This document shows, piece by piece, positions 37,074 to 47,518 of a stretch of 59,141 nucleotides of DNA. The notes beneath the pieces are model-generated. The model was not told the DNA's origin, did not search any database, and saw only the letters and a program-made list of their open reading frames with translations. The position numbers and the translations under genes were made by a program. The stretch covers positions 1-59,141 of the forward strand of contig JBJDZM010000023.1 of assembly GCA_051867975.1 (NCBI GenBank), read 5' to 3'. Origin of the DNA: Eubacteriales bacterium. GTDB taxonomy: Bacteria; Bacillota; Clostridia; Oscillospirales; CAG-272. The stretch's first letter is position 1; each line of letters opens with the position of its first letter.

Positions 37074-39473
37074 TTATCCTCGGATATTAAGACCAAGCTT
37101 ATATGAGAGGTCTTTGATTATCTTATTTGAGACCTTGTCGGCTTCTTCAACGGTCAGAGTGCGGTCGGGCGCACGGAGGATCACGCGGAACGCAACACTC
37201 TTTTTGCCCTCGCCAATCTTTTCTCCGCGGAAGATATCAAAGAGCTTGACATCCTCGCAGAGCTTTCCTGCCGCCTTTGCCATGACCTCTTCAATCGTTC
37301 CGACTTCGAGAGATTCGTCGCAGACGAATGAGAAGTCACGGGAGACCGAGGGGAATTTGGGCAGGGGCTTATAGTCAACGGTCATGTCTGACTCTGCGAA
37401 GATGGCGTCAAACGAAAGCTCGGCGGCATAAATCGCGGTGTAAACGCCGTAGTTCTTTGCGGTCAAGGGGTGGATCTGACCGAAGATGCCAAGCTCACAG
37501 CCGTCAGCAGTTACAACCTTTGCACATCTGCCGGGGTGAAATGCCGCATCGTCGGTGTAGGAAACAAACTTCGCCCCCTTAATTCCCGCCGACTCAAGAA
37601 TATTCTCAATAACGCCTTTGAGCGAATAGAAGTCTTCGTCCTTTCCGTAAGCCGCCAAAGTCAGAACCTTGTTTTCGGTCGGGAGTGCCTCTGTGTCATC
37701 GGACGGTATATAGGTTGCCGCCATTTCAAAGAGACGTACGTCGTCATTTGAAAATTTGATATTTCTCGCAACTACCTCAAGCATGGAGGGAAGCGCAGTC
37801 GTGCGCATAACGCTCGTGTCCTCGCCGAGAGGGTTGCTTATCACAACCGAGCGGCGCAGAGGTGAGCTTGCGTCCATTCGCACCTTGTCATAATATTTGG
37901 GACTGATGAACGAGAAGGTCTGTATCTGGTCAAAGCCCATGCCGTAAAGCATATGCTCGCAGTCGACCTCATACTGCTGTTTGGGCGTTCTGCCGCCCTG
38001 AGTCGTCTCCGCGTAGATGCAGGTCGACTTTATCTTGTTGTAGCCGTAGATACGGATGATTTCCTCTGCGATATCCTGCATGCAGGTAAGGTCGTTTCTG
38101 AACGAGGGAACGATTATCTTGTCCCCCTCAATTTTACATTCAAGGCGTTCGAGAATGCTTACCATATAGTCGCGGTCGAGGTCAACACCGAGGAATTTAT
38201 TGATCCTCTCAACCTCGAGAGGAAGAACAACGGGTTGGGGCTTCGTGGGGTAAACGTCGATAATTCCGTCAACCACCTCTCCTGCTCCGAGCAGTTGAAC
38301 CAGCTCGCAGGCGCGCAGAAGACCGCCCATGCAGTTCTCGGGGTCAAGTCCCTTTTCAAAACGGGAGGAGGACTCTGTCCTCATGCCGTTTTTCTTCGCC
38401 GTAACACGTACCGAGGGTCCGTTGAAGCAAGCCGACTCAAATACGACGGTCGCTGTCGAATCCTTTATCTCACTGTTTGCGCCGCCCATAACGCCGGCGA
38501 GAGCGCAAGCCTTTTTGCCGTCTGCGATAACGAGCATCGAGGAATCAAGCGTGTGGTCCTTGTCGTCGAGCGACTTGAAAAGCTCACCGTCAAAAGCACG
38601 GCGGACATTTATCTCGGAGCCGTCGAGCATCGCGTAATCAAACGCGTGCATGGGCTGACCGTATTCGAGCATAACGTAGTTTGTGATATCGACAATGTTA
38701 TTTATCGGGCGCACGCCTGAGGCGCGGAGTCTCATGCGGAGCCAGAGCGGCGAGGGCGCGATCTTGACGTTCTTTACGACCTTTGCCGCATAGCGGTAGC
38801 AGAGGTCGCTGTCGCTTATCTTGACCGACAGGTAATTATCAATCTTATCGCCGTCGTTCATGTCCTTGACACAGGGAGAAGGAAGGTTCAAAGGCTTATC
38901 GAAGCTTATCGCGGTTTCGCGTGCAAGACCGATGACCGAGAGACAGTCGGGGCGGTTTGACGTTATCTCAAACTCGACAACCGTGTCGTTGAGCATCAGC
39001 GCGTCCTTTATATCCATACCGACCTTGTCCTCAAAATCTTTTCCGAGAATGAGGATTCCGTCCTCAATCGCCTCGGGCATGTCGTGGAGCGTGAGGTTAA
39101 GTTCGGCTATCGAGCAGAGCATGCCGTTTGACTCAACGCCGCGGAGTTTTCCGGGCTTTATCGTAACGTCTCCGGGGAGATGTGCCACGGGAATAGCCGC
39201 AGGGACTATGTCGCCCTCGTGTACGTTCTGCGCGCCGGTAACTATCTGGACTATCTCGCCGCCGATATCGACCTGACAGATGAACATGTGGTCGGAGTTC
39301 GGGTGACGCTCCATTGAAATGACCTTCGCGACTCTGACGTTCTGTATGTCCTCGCCGAGTTCTTCGTAGCACTCGACCTTGGAGCCAGTGTCTGTCATTC
39401 TGTCGCAGTATTCCTTTGTTGAAATACCGTCTGTATTTGTGAAATCATGTAACCATTTAAGTGAAAGATTCAT
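37074..39473 (-). CDS. pheT: Phenylalanine--tRNA ligase beta subunit
   Basis: HPNSD, LRGVESNGMLCS, NRPDCLS, VDITNY, FHPGR. Confidence 0.97.
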   Translation of the reverse strand: MNLSLKWLHDFTNTDGISTKEYCDRMTDTGSKVECYEELGEDIQNVRVAKVISMERHPNSDHMFICQVDIGGEIVQIVTGAQNVHEGDIVPAAIPVAHLPGDVTIKPGKLRGVESNGMLCSIAELNLTLHDMPEAIEDGILILGKDFEDKVGMDIKDALMLNDTVVEFEITSNRPDCLSVIGLARETAISFDKPLNLPSPCVKDMNDGDKIDNYLSVKISDSDLCYRYAAKVVKNVKIAPSPLWLRMRLRASGVRPINNIVDITNYVMLEYGQPMHAFDYAMLDGSEINVRRAFDGELFKSLDDKDHTLDSSMLVIADGKKACALAGVMGGANSEIKDSTATVVFESACFNGPSVRVTAKKNGMRTESSSRFEKGLDPENCMGGLLRACELVQLLGAGEVVDGIIDVYPTKPQPVVLPLEVERINKFLGVDLDRDYMVSILERLECKIEGDKIIVPSFRNDLTCMQDIAEEIIRIYGYNKIKSTCIYAETTQGGRTPKQQYEVDCEHMLYGMGFDQIQTFSFISPKYYDKVRMDASSPLRRSVVISNPLGEDTSVMRTTALPSMLEVVARNIKFSNDDVRLFEMAATYIPSDDTEALPTENKVLTLAAYGKDEDFYSLKGVIENILESAGIKGAKFVSYTDDAAFHPGRCAKVVTADGCELGIFGQIHPLTAKNYGVYTAIYAAELSFDAIFAESDMTVDYKPLPKFPSVSRDFSFVCDESLEVGTIEEVMAKAAGKLCEDVKLFDIFRGEKIGEGKKSVAFRVILRAPDRTLTVEEADKVSNKIIKDLSYKLGLNIRG

Positions 39474-39490
39474 TATTTTAGGCTCCTTTC

Positions 39491-40513
39491 TTAGAATTGC
39501 TCTACAAAACGAACGTCATTTTCATAGAAATGACGGATGTCGTCGATGTGATATTTGAGCATTGCGATACGCTCAACGCCCATACCGAAGGCAAATCCGC
39601 TGTAGATCTCGGGGTCGATTCCGCAGTTGCGAAGCACGTTCGGGTGAACCATTCCGGCACCGAGTATTTCGATCCAGCCTTCGCCCTTGCAAAGACGGCA
39701 GCCCTTACCGCCGCACATAAAGCAGGAGATATCGACCTCAGCGGACGGCTCGGTGAAGGGGAAGTGGTGGGGGCGGAAGCGGATGCGAGTCTCCTCGCCG
39801 AATTCGGTCTTCGCAAATGTCTCAAGCATGCCCTTAAGGTCGCCCATCGTGATTCCCTTGTCGACAACGAGTCCTTCCATCTGGTGGAAGAGGGGAGAGT
39901 GAGTTGCGTCCATGGCATCGCTTCTGTAAACGCGTCCGGGGGAGATTATGCGAATCGGGGGCTTCTGCTTTTCCATGACTCTCGCCTGAACGGGGGATGT
40001 CTGCGAACGGAGCAGAATTTTGTCGGTGATGTAGAATGTGTCCTGCGTATCGCGCGCAGGGTGGTTTTCGGGGATATTGAGAGCCTGGAAGTTGTAGTAA
40101 TCGTACTCGACCTCGGGTCCCTCCGCAATAGAGAATCCCATGCCGATAAAGATGTCCTCCATGTCTCTCTGCACAAGCGTGAGAGGATGGCGGTGTCCCA
40201 TCTTCGACTTTTTGCCGGGAACCGTAACGTCGAGCTTTTCGGCGAGCAGCTGTGCATCAAGTGCGTGTGCCGCCAGTGCCGTCTTCTTCTCGGCAAGCGC
40301 CGTCTCAATTTCGGCTCTGACTTCGTTTGCAATCTGACCGACTATCGGTCTCTCTTCCGGCGAAAGCGCGCCCATACCGCGCAGAACGGCGGTAAGCTCG
40401 CCCTTTTTGCCGAGATATTTGATGCGGAGAGCCTCAAGTGCCGCGTCGTCGGTCTCGGGAGATGCAATTGCTTCAAGTGCCTCTCTTTTGATGCGATTAA
40501 GTGTTTCTTTCAT
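39491..40513 (-). CDS. pheS: Phenylalanine--tRNA ligase alpha subunit
   Basis: [27 protein letters not shown]. Confidence 0.97.
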   Translation of the reverse strand: MKETLNRIKREALEAIASPETDDAALEALRIKYLGKKGELTAVLRGMGALSPEERPIVGQIANEVRAEIETALAEKKTALAAHALDAQLLAEKLDVTVPGKKSKMGHRHPLTLVQRDMEDIFIGMGFSIAEGPEVEYDYYNFQALNIPENHPARDTQDTFYITDKILLRSQTSPVQARVMEKQKPPIRIISPGRVYRSDAMDATHSPLFHQMEGLVVDKGITMGDLKGMLETFAKTEFGEETRIRFRPHHFPFTEPSAEVDISCFMCGGKGCRLCKGEGWIEILGAGMVHPNVLRNCGIDPEIYSGFAFGMGVERIAMLKYHIDDIRHFYENDVRFVEQF

Positions 40514-40541
40514 TTTTATGTGTCCTTTCTTGGGGGGTGCG

Positions 40542-40573
40542 CTAAGGGAACTTTTTGCAAAAAGTTCCCTTAG
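40542..40573. repeat. Perfect 32-bp palindrome upstream of pheS
   Basis: CTAAGGGAACTTTTTG|CAAAAAGTTCCCTTAG. Confidence 0.9.
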
Positions 40574-40681
40574 GAACCCTCAAAAACCTTTCATAAAAGG
40601 CTTTGTATGAAAATATTATCTGAAAAAATGGATTTAGTTCATCAGCTCAGCTGATCTTCGGATGGTTTTGGTCGCCGAAGA

Positions 40682-41014
40682 CTAAAAAATTCCAAAATGG
40701 AATAGCAAAAATACAATGCCTGCCTGAACTATTATGATAAGCGGGATACCGAGCATGAATTTGACATGCTTTGTTTTGTGACGGATTATCAGCATTGTGA
40801 TGAACATAGCAACGCTTCCGCCGAGAGCCGAGAGGAGCATGAGGGTTTTTTCGGGTGTGCGAAGCTCAACGCGGTTCTTTTTCGATATTTTCTTGTCATA
40901 GATGCAAACTATGACGGAAATGATAGAAATTATCGCTATATAAGCCAAGAAAATTGACAGAGCGAGGTTTTCTTTGATGAATGACAGAGCAAGATTTTCT
41001 TTTATTTCCGGCAT
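40682..41014 (-). CDS. DUF1294 membrane protein
   Basis: YDK......R.PEKTL...GGS....RHKTK..F. Confidence 0.85.
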   Translation of the reverse strand: MPEIKENLALSFIKENLALSIFLAYIAIISIISVIVCIYDKKISKKNRVELRTPEKTLMLLSALGGSVAMFITMLIIRHKTKHVKFMLGIPLIIIVQAGIVFLLFHFGIF

Positions 41015-41029
41015 TTTCTTATCCTCCGC

Positions 41030-42688
41030 TCAATTATTTCTCGGGAAGCTGTCCTTAAGTCCGACAACTCGGTTGAAGGTGCCTTCATTTTTCGTGTCCT
41101 TGCAGAAATAACCGACTCTGACGAACTGGAATTTCTCACCGGGAGCGGCGGACTCAAGCGAAGGCTCAACCATAGCGCCATCAATCTTTGTCAGCGAACC
41201 CGGGTTTAAGAAGTCAAGATATGTCTTGCCCTCGGGAACCTCGGCGGTGTTTTCAATATCGAAAAGACGGTCGTAGAGCATTAGCGTCGCAGGCATTGCA
41301 TATTTTGCCGAGAGCCAGTGTATCGTGCCCTTTATTTTTCTGCCGTCCCGGGGCATACCGTTGCCCGTTTCAAGGTCAGCGACAGCGTGAATACACTTTA
41401 TCGAGCCGTCGGAGTTCTTCTCGATTCCGGCGTATTTGATGATATATCCGCCCATCAAGCGTACCTCTCCGTCGGGCTTGAGACGGAAGAATTTGGGAGG
41501 AGGAACCTCGGCAAAGTCATCGGCATCAATGTAAACTTCGCGCGTCATGGGAACGTCACGCCGTCCAAGCTCCTCTTTTTGAGGATGGTTGGGGAGACTT
41601 ATCATTTCCTCCTTGTCCTCGGGGTAGTTGTCGATGATGACCTTTATCGGGTCTGCGATCGCTATGCGACGGAGTGCGTTTTCATTGAGGTCATCGCGCA
41701 CGCAAGCCTCAAGCTGACGAACGTCGACGGTGTGGTCGGTATTGGTAACGCCTGCCTCGCGAACGAAGTTAAAGAGGGCGGCAGGTGTGTAGCCGCGGCG
41801 GCGCAGACCGCAAAGCGTGGGCAGACGGGGGTCGTCCCAGCCGTCAACGTGACCTTCCTCAACAAGCTGGCGAAGATAACGCTTTGACATGACCGTGTAG
41901 GTGATGTTCATGCGCCCGAACTCCCACTGATGGGGCTTCTGCTCAAATCCGATTTTATTTACTACCCAATCGTAAAGAGGACGGTGGTTTCTGAACTCAC
42001 TTGAACAAAGCGAGTGGGTGATTCCCTCAAGCGCATCCTGAATTGGGTGGGCAAAGTCGTACATCGGGTAGACGCACCACTCATCTCCCTGACGGTGGTG
42101 ATGAACATGCTTTATTCTGTAAATCACGGGGTCACGAAGATAGGGGTTGTCGTTCGACGGATCGATTTTCGCGCGGAGCGTTCTCGCGCCGTCGGGGAAT
42201 TCGCCGTTTTTCATTCTCTCAAAGAGGTCGAGGTTTTCCTCAACAGATCGGTTGCGGTAGGGAGACTCCTTTGATGCGACTGCGCGGTCGGTACCCTTGT
42301 AGTCGGCGAGGTCATCCTTCGAGAGGTCGCAGACGTAAGCGTCGCCCTGCTTTATAAGCTGAACGGCAAACTCGTAGCACTTGCCGAAATAGTCCGAGCC
42401 GTAGAAAACACCGCCCGTGGGGGTCGCGCCCAGCCATTCGAGGTCCTCACGTATCGAGCGGACGAACTCATCCGACTCCTTTGCGGGGTTTGTATCGTCG
42501 TAACGGAGATTGAAAAGACCGTTATATTTGTTAGCGACGTCGGTGTTTATGCATATCGCCTTGACGGAGCCGATGTGAAGATAACCGTTAGGCTCGGGAG
42601 GAAAGCGAGTGTGAATTTTCAAATTCGGATTTTCTTTTAAATCTTCGTCAATAATGTCGTGTATAAAATTATTCTTGATTTCTTCCAT
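41030..42688 (-). CDS. glnS: Glutamine--tRNA ligase
   Basis: RFPPEPNGYLHIG, YPMYDFAH, VMSKR, GWDDPR. Confidence 0.95.
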   Translation of the reverse strand: MEEIKNNFIHDIIDEDLKENPNLKIHTRFPPEPNGYLHIGSVKAICINTDVANKYNGLFNLRYDDTNPAKESDEFVRSIREDLEWLGATPTGGVFYGSDYFGKCYEFAVQLIKQGDAYVCDLSKDDLADYKGTDRAVASKESPYRNRSVEENLDLFERMKNGEFPDGARTLRAKIDPSNDNPYLRDPVIYRIKHVHHHRQGDEWCVYPMYDFAHPIQDALEGITHSLCSSEFRNHRPLYDWVVNKIGFEQKPHQWEFGRMNITYTVMSKRYLRQLVEEGHVDGWDDPRLPTLCGLRRRGYTPAALFNFVREAGVTNTDHTVDVRQLEACVRDDLNENALRRIAIADPIKVIIDNYPEDKEEMISLPNHPQKEELGRRDVPMTREVYIDADDFAEVPPPKFFRLKPDGEVRLMGGYIIKYAGIEKNSDGSIKCIHAVADLETGNGMPRDGRKIKGTIHWLSAKYAMPATLMLYDRLFDIENTAEVPEGKTYLDFLNPGSLTKIDGAMVEPSLESAAPGEKFQFVRVGYFCKDTKNEGTFNRVVGLKDSFPRNN

Positions 42689-42701
42689 TGTTATAACCTC
42701 A

Positions 42702-44390
42702 TTACTTAAGAGAAACAATCATTGTTTTTATTCTTTCAAGCGTCTTGTCCTTGCCAAAAATTTGCATTACGGTATACAGGTCGGGGGCGTTTTGCTTGCC
42801 CGTGACTGCAACACGGATGAACATACTGATGTCGGCAACACTGCCCTTGAAGGCTTCAGGGTCTGCCTTGTATGCCTTCATGTCCGAGGCAAAGCCGAGA
42901 GAGTCGGCAATCGCTTTTACCTTGTCAAACCACGTGTTCATGTCGTCAGAGTAGTCGTAGCTCTCGACGAATTTTTCAAGAGTTAAAATGATATCCGACT
43001 TGTCAAAGCCTTCGGGATAGCTGTCCTCGATCTTGAAAAATTTATCGTAGAAGAATCCCATATAAGGCTTTGCATCAACCCATGTTGCCAAGTCCTTGCG
43101 AGGCTTTTTACCGCCGCGACCGATAGCGAATATTTTTTCCGCAAACTCACGGTCATAGGATAACTCCGCACCGAATTCGGGGTCGTATTCAAGCGCCCAA
43201 GCGGTGACCTTTTCGGTGACCTCTTCGGCACTCATGCGGGAGATGACGTTCTTTGAGACGTCGTTTAACTTGTTGAAGTCGAAGAGACAGCCCGAGACCG
43301 ACATCTTTTTGATATTGAAAGGGAAGTCGGTGTAAGGCTTGTCCGCATTTTGCATATGCCACTCCTCGTAGTTAGAGTTTAACAGCGTCATGATGTATTC
43401 GCAGACCGCCTCGGGGCAGTAGCCCATGCGAGTGTAGTCATCCATGTTTGCGCCCATGTCGCGCTTAGAGAGCTTCTTCTTGTTACCGTTCTCGTCAAGC
43501 TTCATTATCTGCGCGATGTGCATGTATTTGGGGAGCTTGAAGCCGAGATAGGAAAAAAGCTGAATGTGCTTGGGAAGACTCGGGAGCCACTCCTCACCGC
43601 GAATGACGTGTGTAGTACCCATAAGGTGGTCATCGACCGCGTGGGCGAAGTGGTAGGTCGGAATTCCGTCGGATTTAAGAAGGACGAAGTCCTCGTCATT
43701 TTCGGGGATTTCAAGCGTACCCTTTACAAGGTCGGTGAATTTTATCTTTTTGTCGGGGTTGCCGAGCGCGAGAATACGAAGCACGAAGGGATGACCTGCT
43801 TTGATGTGTTCTTCAACCTCTTCAATCGTGAAATTTCGGCGCGCGAGCATCTCCTGTCGCCGTGATTCAGCCTCAGCCTGCCAATCGGTGTTCTTTATCT
43901 CTTCTTTTTTATTTACAGACTGCAATTCGTCAAGCTCTTCCTCGGTCGTAAAGCAAGGATAAGCCTTGCCCTCGCGGACGAGCTGCTTTGCGAATACCTG
44001 ATAGATAGGACCTCTCTGACTTTGCTTGTAGGGACCGTATGCGCCCTTGTCCGAGATGTTGCCGTCCTCATCGAGTATCGCGCCCTCGTCGAAATTGATT
44101 CCGTATTTTGCGAGAGTCTTTATAAGTCCCTCGGCGGCACCCGCAACCTCACGCTTTGCGTCGGTGTCCTCAATCCTAAGGTAGAAAACGCCGCCCGATT
44201 GGTGTGCAAGTCTCTCGCCGACGGTTGACGGGAAGAGTCCGCCGAAGTGAACGAATCCCGTGGGGCTGGGGGCAAATCTCGTTACCTTTGCGCCCTCGGG
44301 GAGAGTGCGAGGGGGATATTTTGCCTCAATATCGGCGGGGGTTTCCTTTATGTGCGGAAAGAGAAGCTCCGCTAAATAGTTGTAGTCCAT
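42702..44390 (-). CDS. gltX: Glutamate--tRNA ligase (long form)
   Basis: RFAPSPTG..HFGG, RIEDTD, GPYKQS, IRGEEW, KLSKR. Confidence 0.95.
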   Translation of the reverse strand: MDYNYLAELLFPHIKETPADIEAKYPPRTLPEGAKVTRFAPSPTGFVHFGGLFPSTVGERLAHQSGGVFYLRIEDTDAKREVAGAAEGLIKTLAKYGINFDEGAILDEDGNISDKGAYGPYKQSQRGPIYQVFAKQLVREGKAYPCFTTEEELDELQSVNKKEEIKNTDWQAEAESRRQEMLARRNFTIEEVEEHIKAGHPFVLRILALGNPDKKIKFTDLVKGTLEIPENDEDFVLLKSDGIPTYHFAHAVDDHLMGTTHVIRGEEWLPSLPKHIQLFSYLGFKLPKYMHIAQIMKLDENGNKKKLSKRDMGANMDDYTRMGYCPEAVCEYIMTLLNSNYEEWHMQNADKPYTDFPFNIKKMSVSGCLFDFNKLNDVSKNVISRMSAEEVTEKVTAWALEYDPEFGAELSYDREFAEKIFAIGRGGKKPRKDLATWVDAKPYMGFFYDKFFKIEDSYPEGFDKSDIILTLEKFVESYDYSDDMNTWFDKVKAIADSLGFASDMKAYKADPEAFKGSVADISMFIRVAVTGKQNAPDLYTVMQIFGKDKTLERIKTMIVSLK

Positions 44391-44437
44391 ATATGTCTTT
44401 CCTTTCAGATTATAAATCAAAAATACCGTCTGAAAAA

Positions 44438-45058
44438 TCAAAAAATACCGTCAAGCGCATGGCGAAGCGTAGCACTTGTGCCGTGACCGGGATAAATTAT
44501 GAGATTTTCGTCAAGCTCACGCAGCCTTCCGATAGAAGCGTACAGCTGCATTGAATTTCCGCCGTAGAGGTCTGTCCTGCCGATTCCGCCGTCGAAAAGC
44601 GTGTCTCCCGTGAGCAAAAAATCATTTCCTATAAGTCCGATAGAGCCTTGCGTGTGACCGGGAAGGTGAATGACCTTAATTTCCTCGTCGCCAAGTGTCA
44701 ATATCTCTCCGTCAAAGAGCGTTTTTTCGGCTTTTTTCTGCGAGAAATCCTCGGAGAAGAAAAACGAATAAGCATTCTTATATCCGTCAGAGAGCAGCTC
44801 TGCGTCGTTTTCGTGAATGTAAGCCTGAGCGCCGGTCAGCGCACGCAACGAATCAAGGGACATTATGTGGTCAAAATGTCCGTGAGTCAGAATTATCATA
44901 TCAAGGGATGCACCGCTTGCCCTCAGAAAATCGCAGATCATGTTCGCATCCGCGCTCGGGTCGACTACCGCCGCATGAGACACGCCTGCGCTGTCTCGGC
45001 TTATCAGCACATAGCAATTTGAGAGCCAAGAGCCGGAATAAAGATTGTGTACAGTCAC
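44438..45058 (-). CDS. MBL-fold metallo-hydrolase
   Basis: THGHFDH, PGHT.GS, TGDTLF, GRTD, PGHG; GTG start after AAAGGTG. Confidence 0.88.
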   Translation of the reverse strand: MTVHNLYSGSWLSNCYVLISRDSAGVSHAAVVDPSADANMICDFLRASGASLDMIILTHGHFDHIMSLDSLRALTGAQAYIHENDAELLSDGYKNAYSFFFSEDFSQKKAEKTLFDGEILTLGDEEIKVIHLPGHTQGSIGLIGNDFLLTGDTLFDGGIGRTDLYGGNSMQLYASIGRLRELDENLIIYPGHGTSATLRHALDGIF

Positions 45059-45097
45059 TTTTTCACCTTTTGACATTGCATAATATTTCAATTTTAT

Positions 45098-45126
45098 ATT
45101 ATATCATTTTTTTATCGTTTTGTCTA
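45098..45126 (-). promoter_or_regulatory. sigma-A promoter of MBL-gltX-glnS operon
   Basis: TAGACA-17 bp-TATAAT with TG. Confidence 0.7.
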
Positions 45127-45157
45127 CATTTATTAGATAAAAAATAAACTTTTTTGC

Positions 45158-45191
45158 AAAAAAATGCCCTGACCGAGGTCAGAGCATTTTT
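45158..45191 (-). terminator. Terminator after OppA-like gene
   Basis: AAAAATGCCCTGACC/GGTCAGAGCATTTTT. Confidence 0.75.
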
Positions 45192-45223
45192 GTATTAAAA
45201 GTGATTTGAAATACTATCCTAAT

Positions 45224-47407
45224 TTATTTTCCGGGCTTTGCGGGAATCCATTCGTAGTTCTCGGTTCCGAATTTGTCTTTAAAGAGATAGTAGTAATTAG
45301 AGTTGGTATAAACAAATGATTCCTTGTCAAGAGTTGCGAAGTTTTTGCCGAAGTAGGAATTGCTTCTCGTCTTCCACTCTTCAAAATTGTCATAAACATA
45401 TTTTGCGCATGCCAATTCATATTTGTCGTAGTCCTTTACGGAAATCTTATCAAAGCATACGGGATAATAGTATTCTCCTGCGGTTTCCCAGAAAAGGACC
45501 TTATTGTTGAGATCAAGCACGTCTTCGTTGATAAGGTAAGCACCCTGATTGAACACAAGAGGAATAACAGGCATATCGGTCATGAGCAAATCTTCTGCCT
45601 TATGGAGGTCTTCGGATCTGCTTGCGACGTTTTTGTTACCGTATATTTTTTCTATGAGGTCGTTATATGCTTCGGAGTTGTATCCCGTTGCGTGGGGAGC
45701 AAGCTCATAGTTATCGGAATTTGACATATCCATCTTCTCGCCTGCAAACTGTCTTGCAAAAGGAGCAAGTATGGACATGGAGTCAGCGCTTGAGGCAACG
45801 AGATCAAGAAGCGCAACCTCATACTTGCCGCTTCGGATATCTTCCGCCCAAAGGTCATCACAAAGGTCTGAGGGAACACTTGTGACATCCTTGTGATAGT
45901 CATTGTTTGCGACAGTTCCGCGCGCGTTGAGAGTAACATTAAATCCAAGAGCCTTCCATGCTTCAACGACAATGTCGGCAATTGCAAGGTGAACCTCGTC
46001 ATATGCGGCAACGGTTACTGAGAAGGAATACTCAGATGCAATGATGTTTGCCTCATTGAGCAGAGTCATTGCCTTCTCTTTGTTATATTTAAGGTTAGCG
46101 TTAGTCGCGGTTGCGTTATCGCGGAAGAGGTCTTTTGCATTGGTTGTTTCGAACACTCCCGTGGGGACGATACCCGTTGCAGGTTTTGCATAGACTATCT
46201 TGTTGACTATTGCATCACGGTCTATTGCCATAGACAAAGCCTGTCTGACCTTAACATACTCGTCGGAGAAAAGTTTGACTTTTTCGGTAACGGTCTCGCC
46301 GTCCTTTACGTATTCTCTGGTGACCTCGGCATTCTGGTTGAGGTAGAGAAGGTTTGTTGAGAGTGAGTCATAGATCTTAACTTCATCCGAAACATCGTCG
46401 CGGAGCGAGAGCGGAATATCTCCGACATATGTAATTATGCCGTCTTTATACGCCTTGAGTACCTCATCGTCGGTAAGACTGCAGTCAACGATGATCCTGT
46501 AAGGTGTTACGGAAACGTCAAGCTTTTCGTCATCCTCTGCATTTCTGTAATAGTATGCATTTCTCTCGAGTATAAAGCTGTTGACTCTCTGCTCTGCAAA
46601 GAAAGAGGGGCTTGTTGCATCCTCGTAAACGGGATTTCCGTTCTTATCAAGCACTACCTTGTTGTTTTCGTCGACTACCTTTACCGAGTAATTTATGTCC
46701 TCGTAAGTAATCTCTCCGTTTTGGTAGAAACCGATCTTTGAAAGCTTGAAAGGACCGCTTGCGGTCATGATGCCGGGCTTCTTTGCCCAGTCATCGCCCT
46801 TGGATGCGATATCCTCACGGAGAGGTGCAAGTGCCAAGCTGGTGAGATTCAAAAGGAACTGATCGTAATCAGGCTCACCATTGTTGTTTTCAAATTGAAC
46901 GGTAAGCAGCTTTCCGTCGGCAGAAAGACCGATATCGTCCTTAGATACCTCTGCTTTGTTGTAGTCGCGTGCATTTTTGATATCGAAGAGAAGGTAGGCA
47001 CTGCTGAATGAGTTATTCGGGTTGAGCAATCTCTTCCACGCATATACGACGTCATCAGCGGTAACGGGCTGGTTATCGGACCAACGTGCGCCTTCGTTGA
47101 TTTCTATATACATGAAGTACTCGCCGTCTTTGGTCTTTTCGGTCCTGTAGCTCTTGGCGAGAGAAGGCTGAACCTTGCCGTTTTTGTCGAGCGTGAAGAG
47201 GGTATCGAAAAGAAGATTGACAATACTCCGTGAGCTTTCATTTGTGTATGCATAGGCCGGGTCAAGGTTGTAGATGTTTTCAGACAGATACATGGTGATC
47301 TGCTGACCCTTGTACTCCGAGTCAGCGTCTATACTGCCTGCACAGCCTGCCAAAACAGTCAACGATGCTGCAATACAGAGAATTAAAGCGATTATGCGCT
47401 TTTTCAT
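45224..47407 (-). CDS. Peptide ABC transporter substrate-binding lipoprotein (family 5, OppA-like), 727 aa
   Basis: Lipobox LAGC, LDPA, WSDNQPVTADD.VYAW.R, SGPF, VRQALSMAIDR, MPVIPL. Confidence 0.85.
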   Translation of the reverse strand: MKKRIIALILCIAASLTVLAGCAGSIDADSEYKGQQITMYLSENIYNLDPAYAYTNESSRSIVNLLFDTLFTLDKNGKVQPSLAKSYRTEKTKDGEYFMYIEINEGARWSDNQPVTADDVVYAWKRLLNPNNSFSSAYLLFDIKNARDYNKAEVSKDDIGLSADGKLLTVQFENNNGEPDYDQFLLNLTSLALAPLREDIASKGDDWAKKPGIMTASGPFKLSKIGFYQNGEITYEDINYSVKVVDENNKVVLDKNGNPVYEDATSPSFFAEQRVNSFILERNAYYYRNAEDDEKLDVSVTPYRIIVDCSLTDDEVLKAYKDGIITYVGDIPLSLRDDVSDEVKIYDSLSTNLLYLNQNAEVTREYVKDGETVTEKVKLFSDEYVKVRQALSMAIDRDAIVNKIVYAKPATGIVPTGVFETTNAKDLFRDNATATNANLKYNKEKAMTLLNEANIIASEYSFSVTVAAYDEVHLAIADIVVEAWKALGFNVTLNARGTVANNDYHKDVTSVPSDLCDDLWAEDIRSGKYEVALLDLVASSADSMSILAPFARQFAGEKMDMSNSDNYELAPHATGYNSEAYNDLIEKIYGNKNVASRSEDLHKAEDLLMTDMPVIPLVFNQGAYLINEDVLDLNNKVLFWETAGEYYYPVCFDKISVKDYDKYELACAKYVYDNFEEWKTRSNSYFGKNFATLDKESFVYTNSNYYYLFKDKFGTENYEWIPAKPGK

Positions 47408-47518
47408 GTTGAGTTTCCTCCCTTTTTTAATTGCGTGGATAGTGTAATGAATCTCCGGGACAGCGCTCGGCTGTCCATTCATTTCCGTATAAGACAAAAA
47501 CACGGTATCATACAAGCA

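Noticed and set aside
39497-40573. 358-aa plus-strand ORF
   Set aside because: Antisense shadow of pheS; no recognisable motifs.
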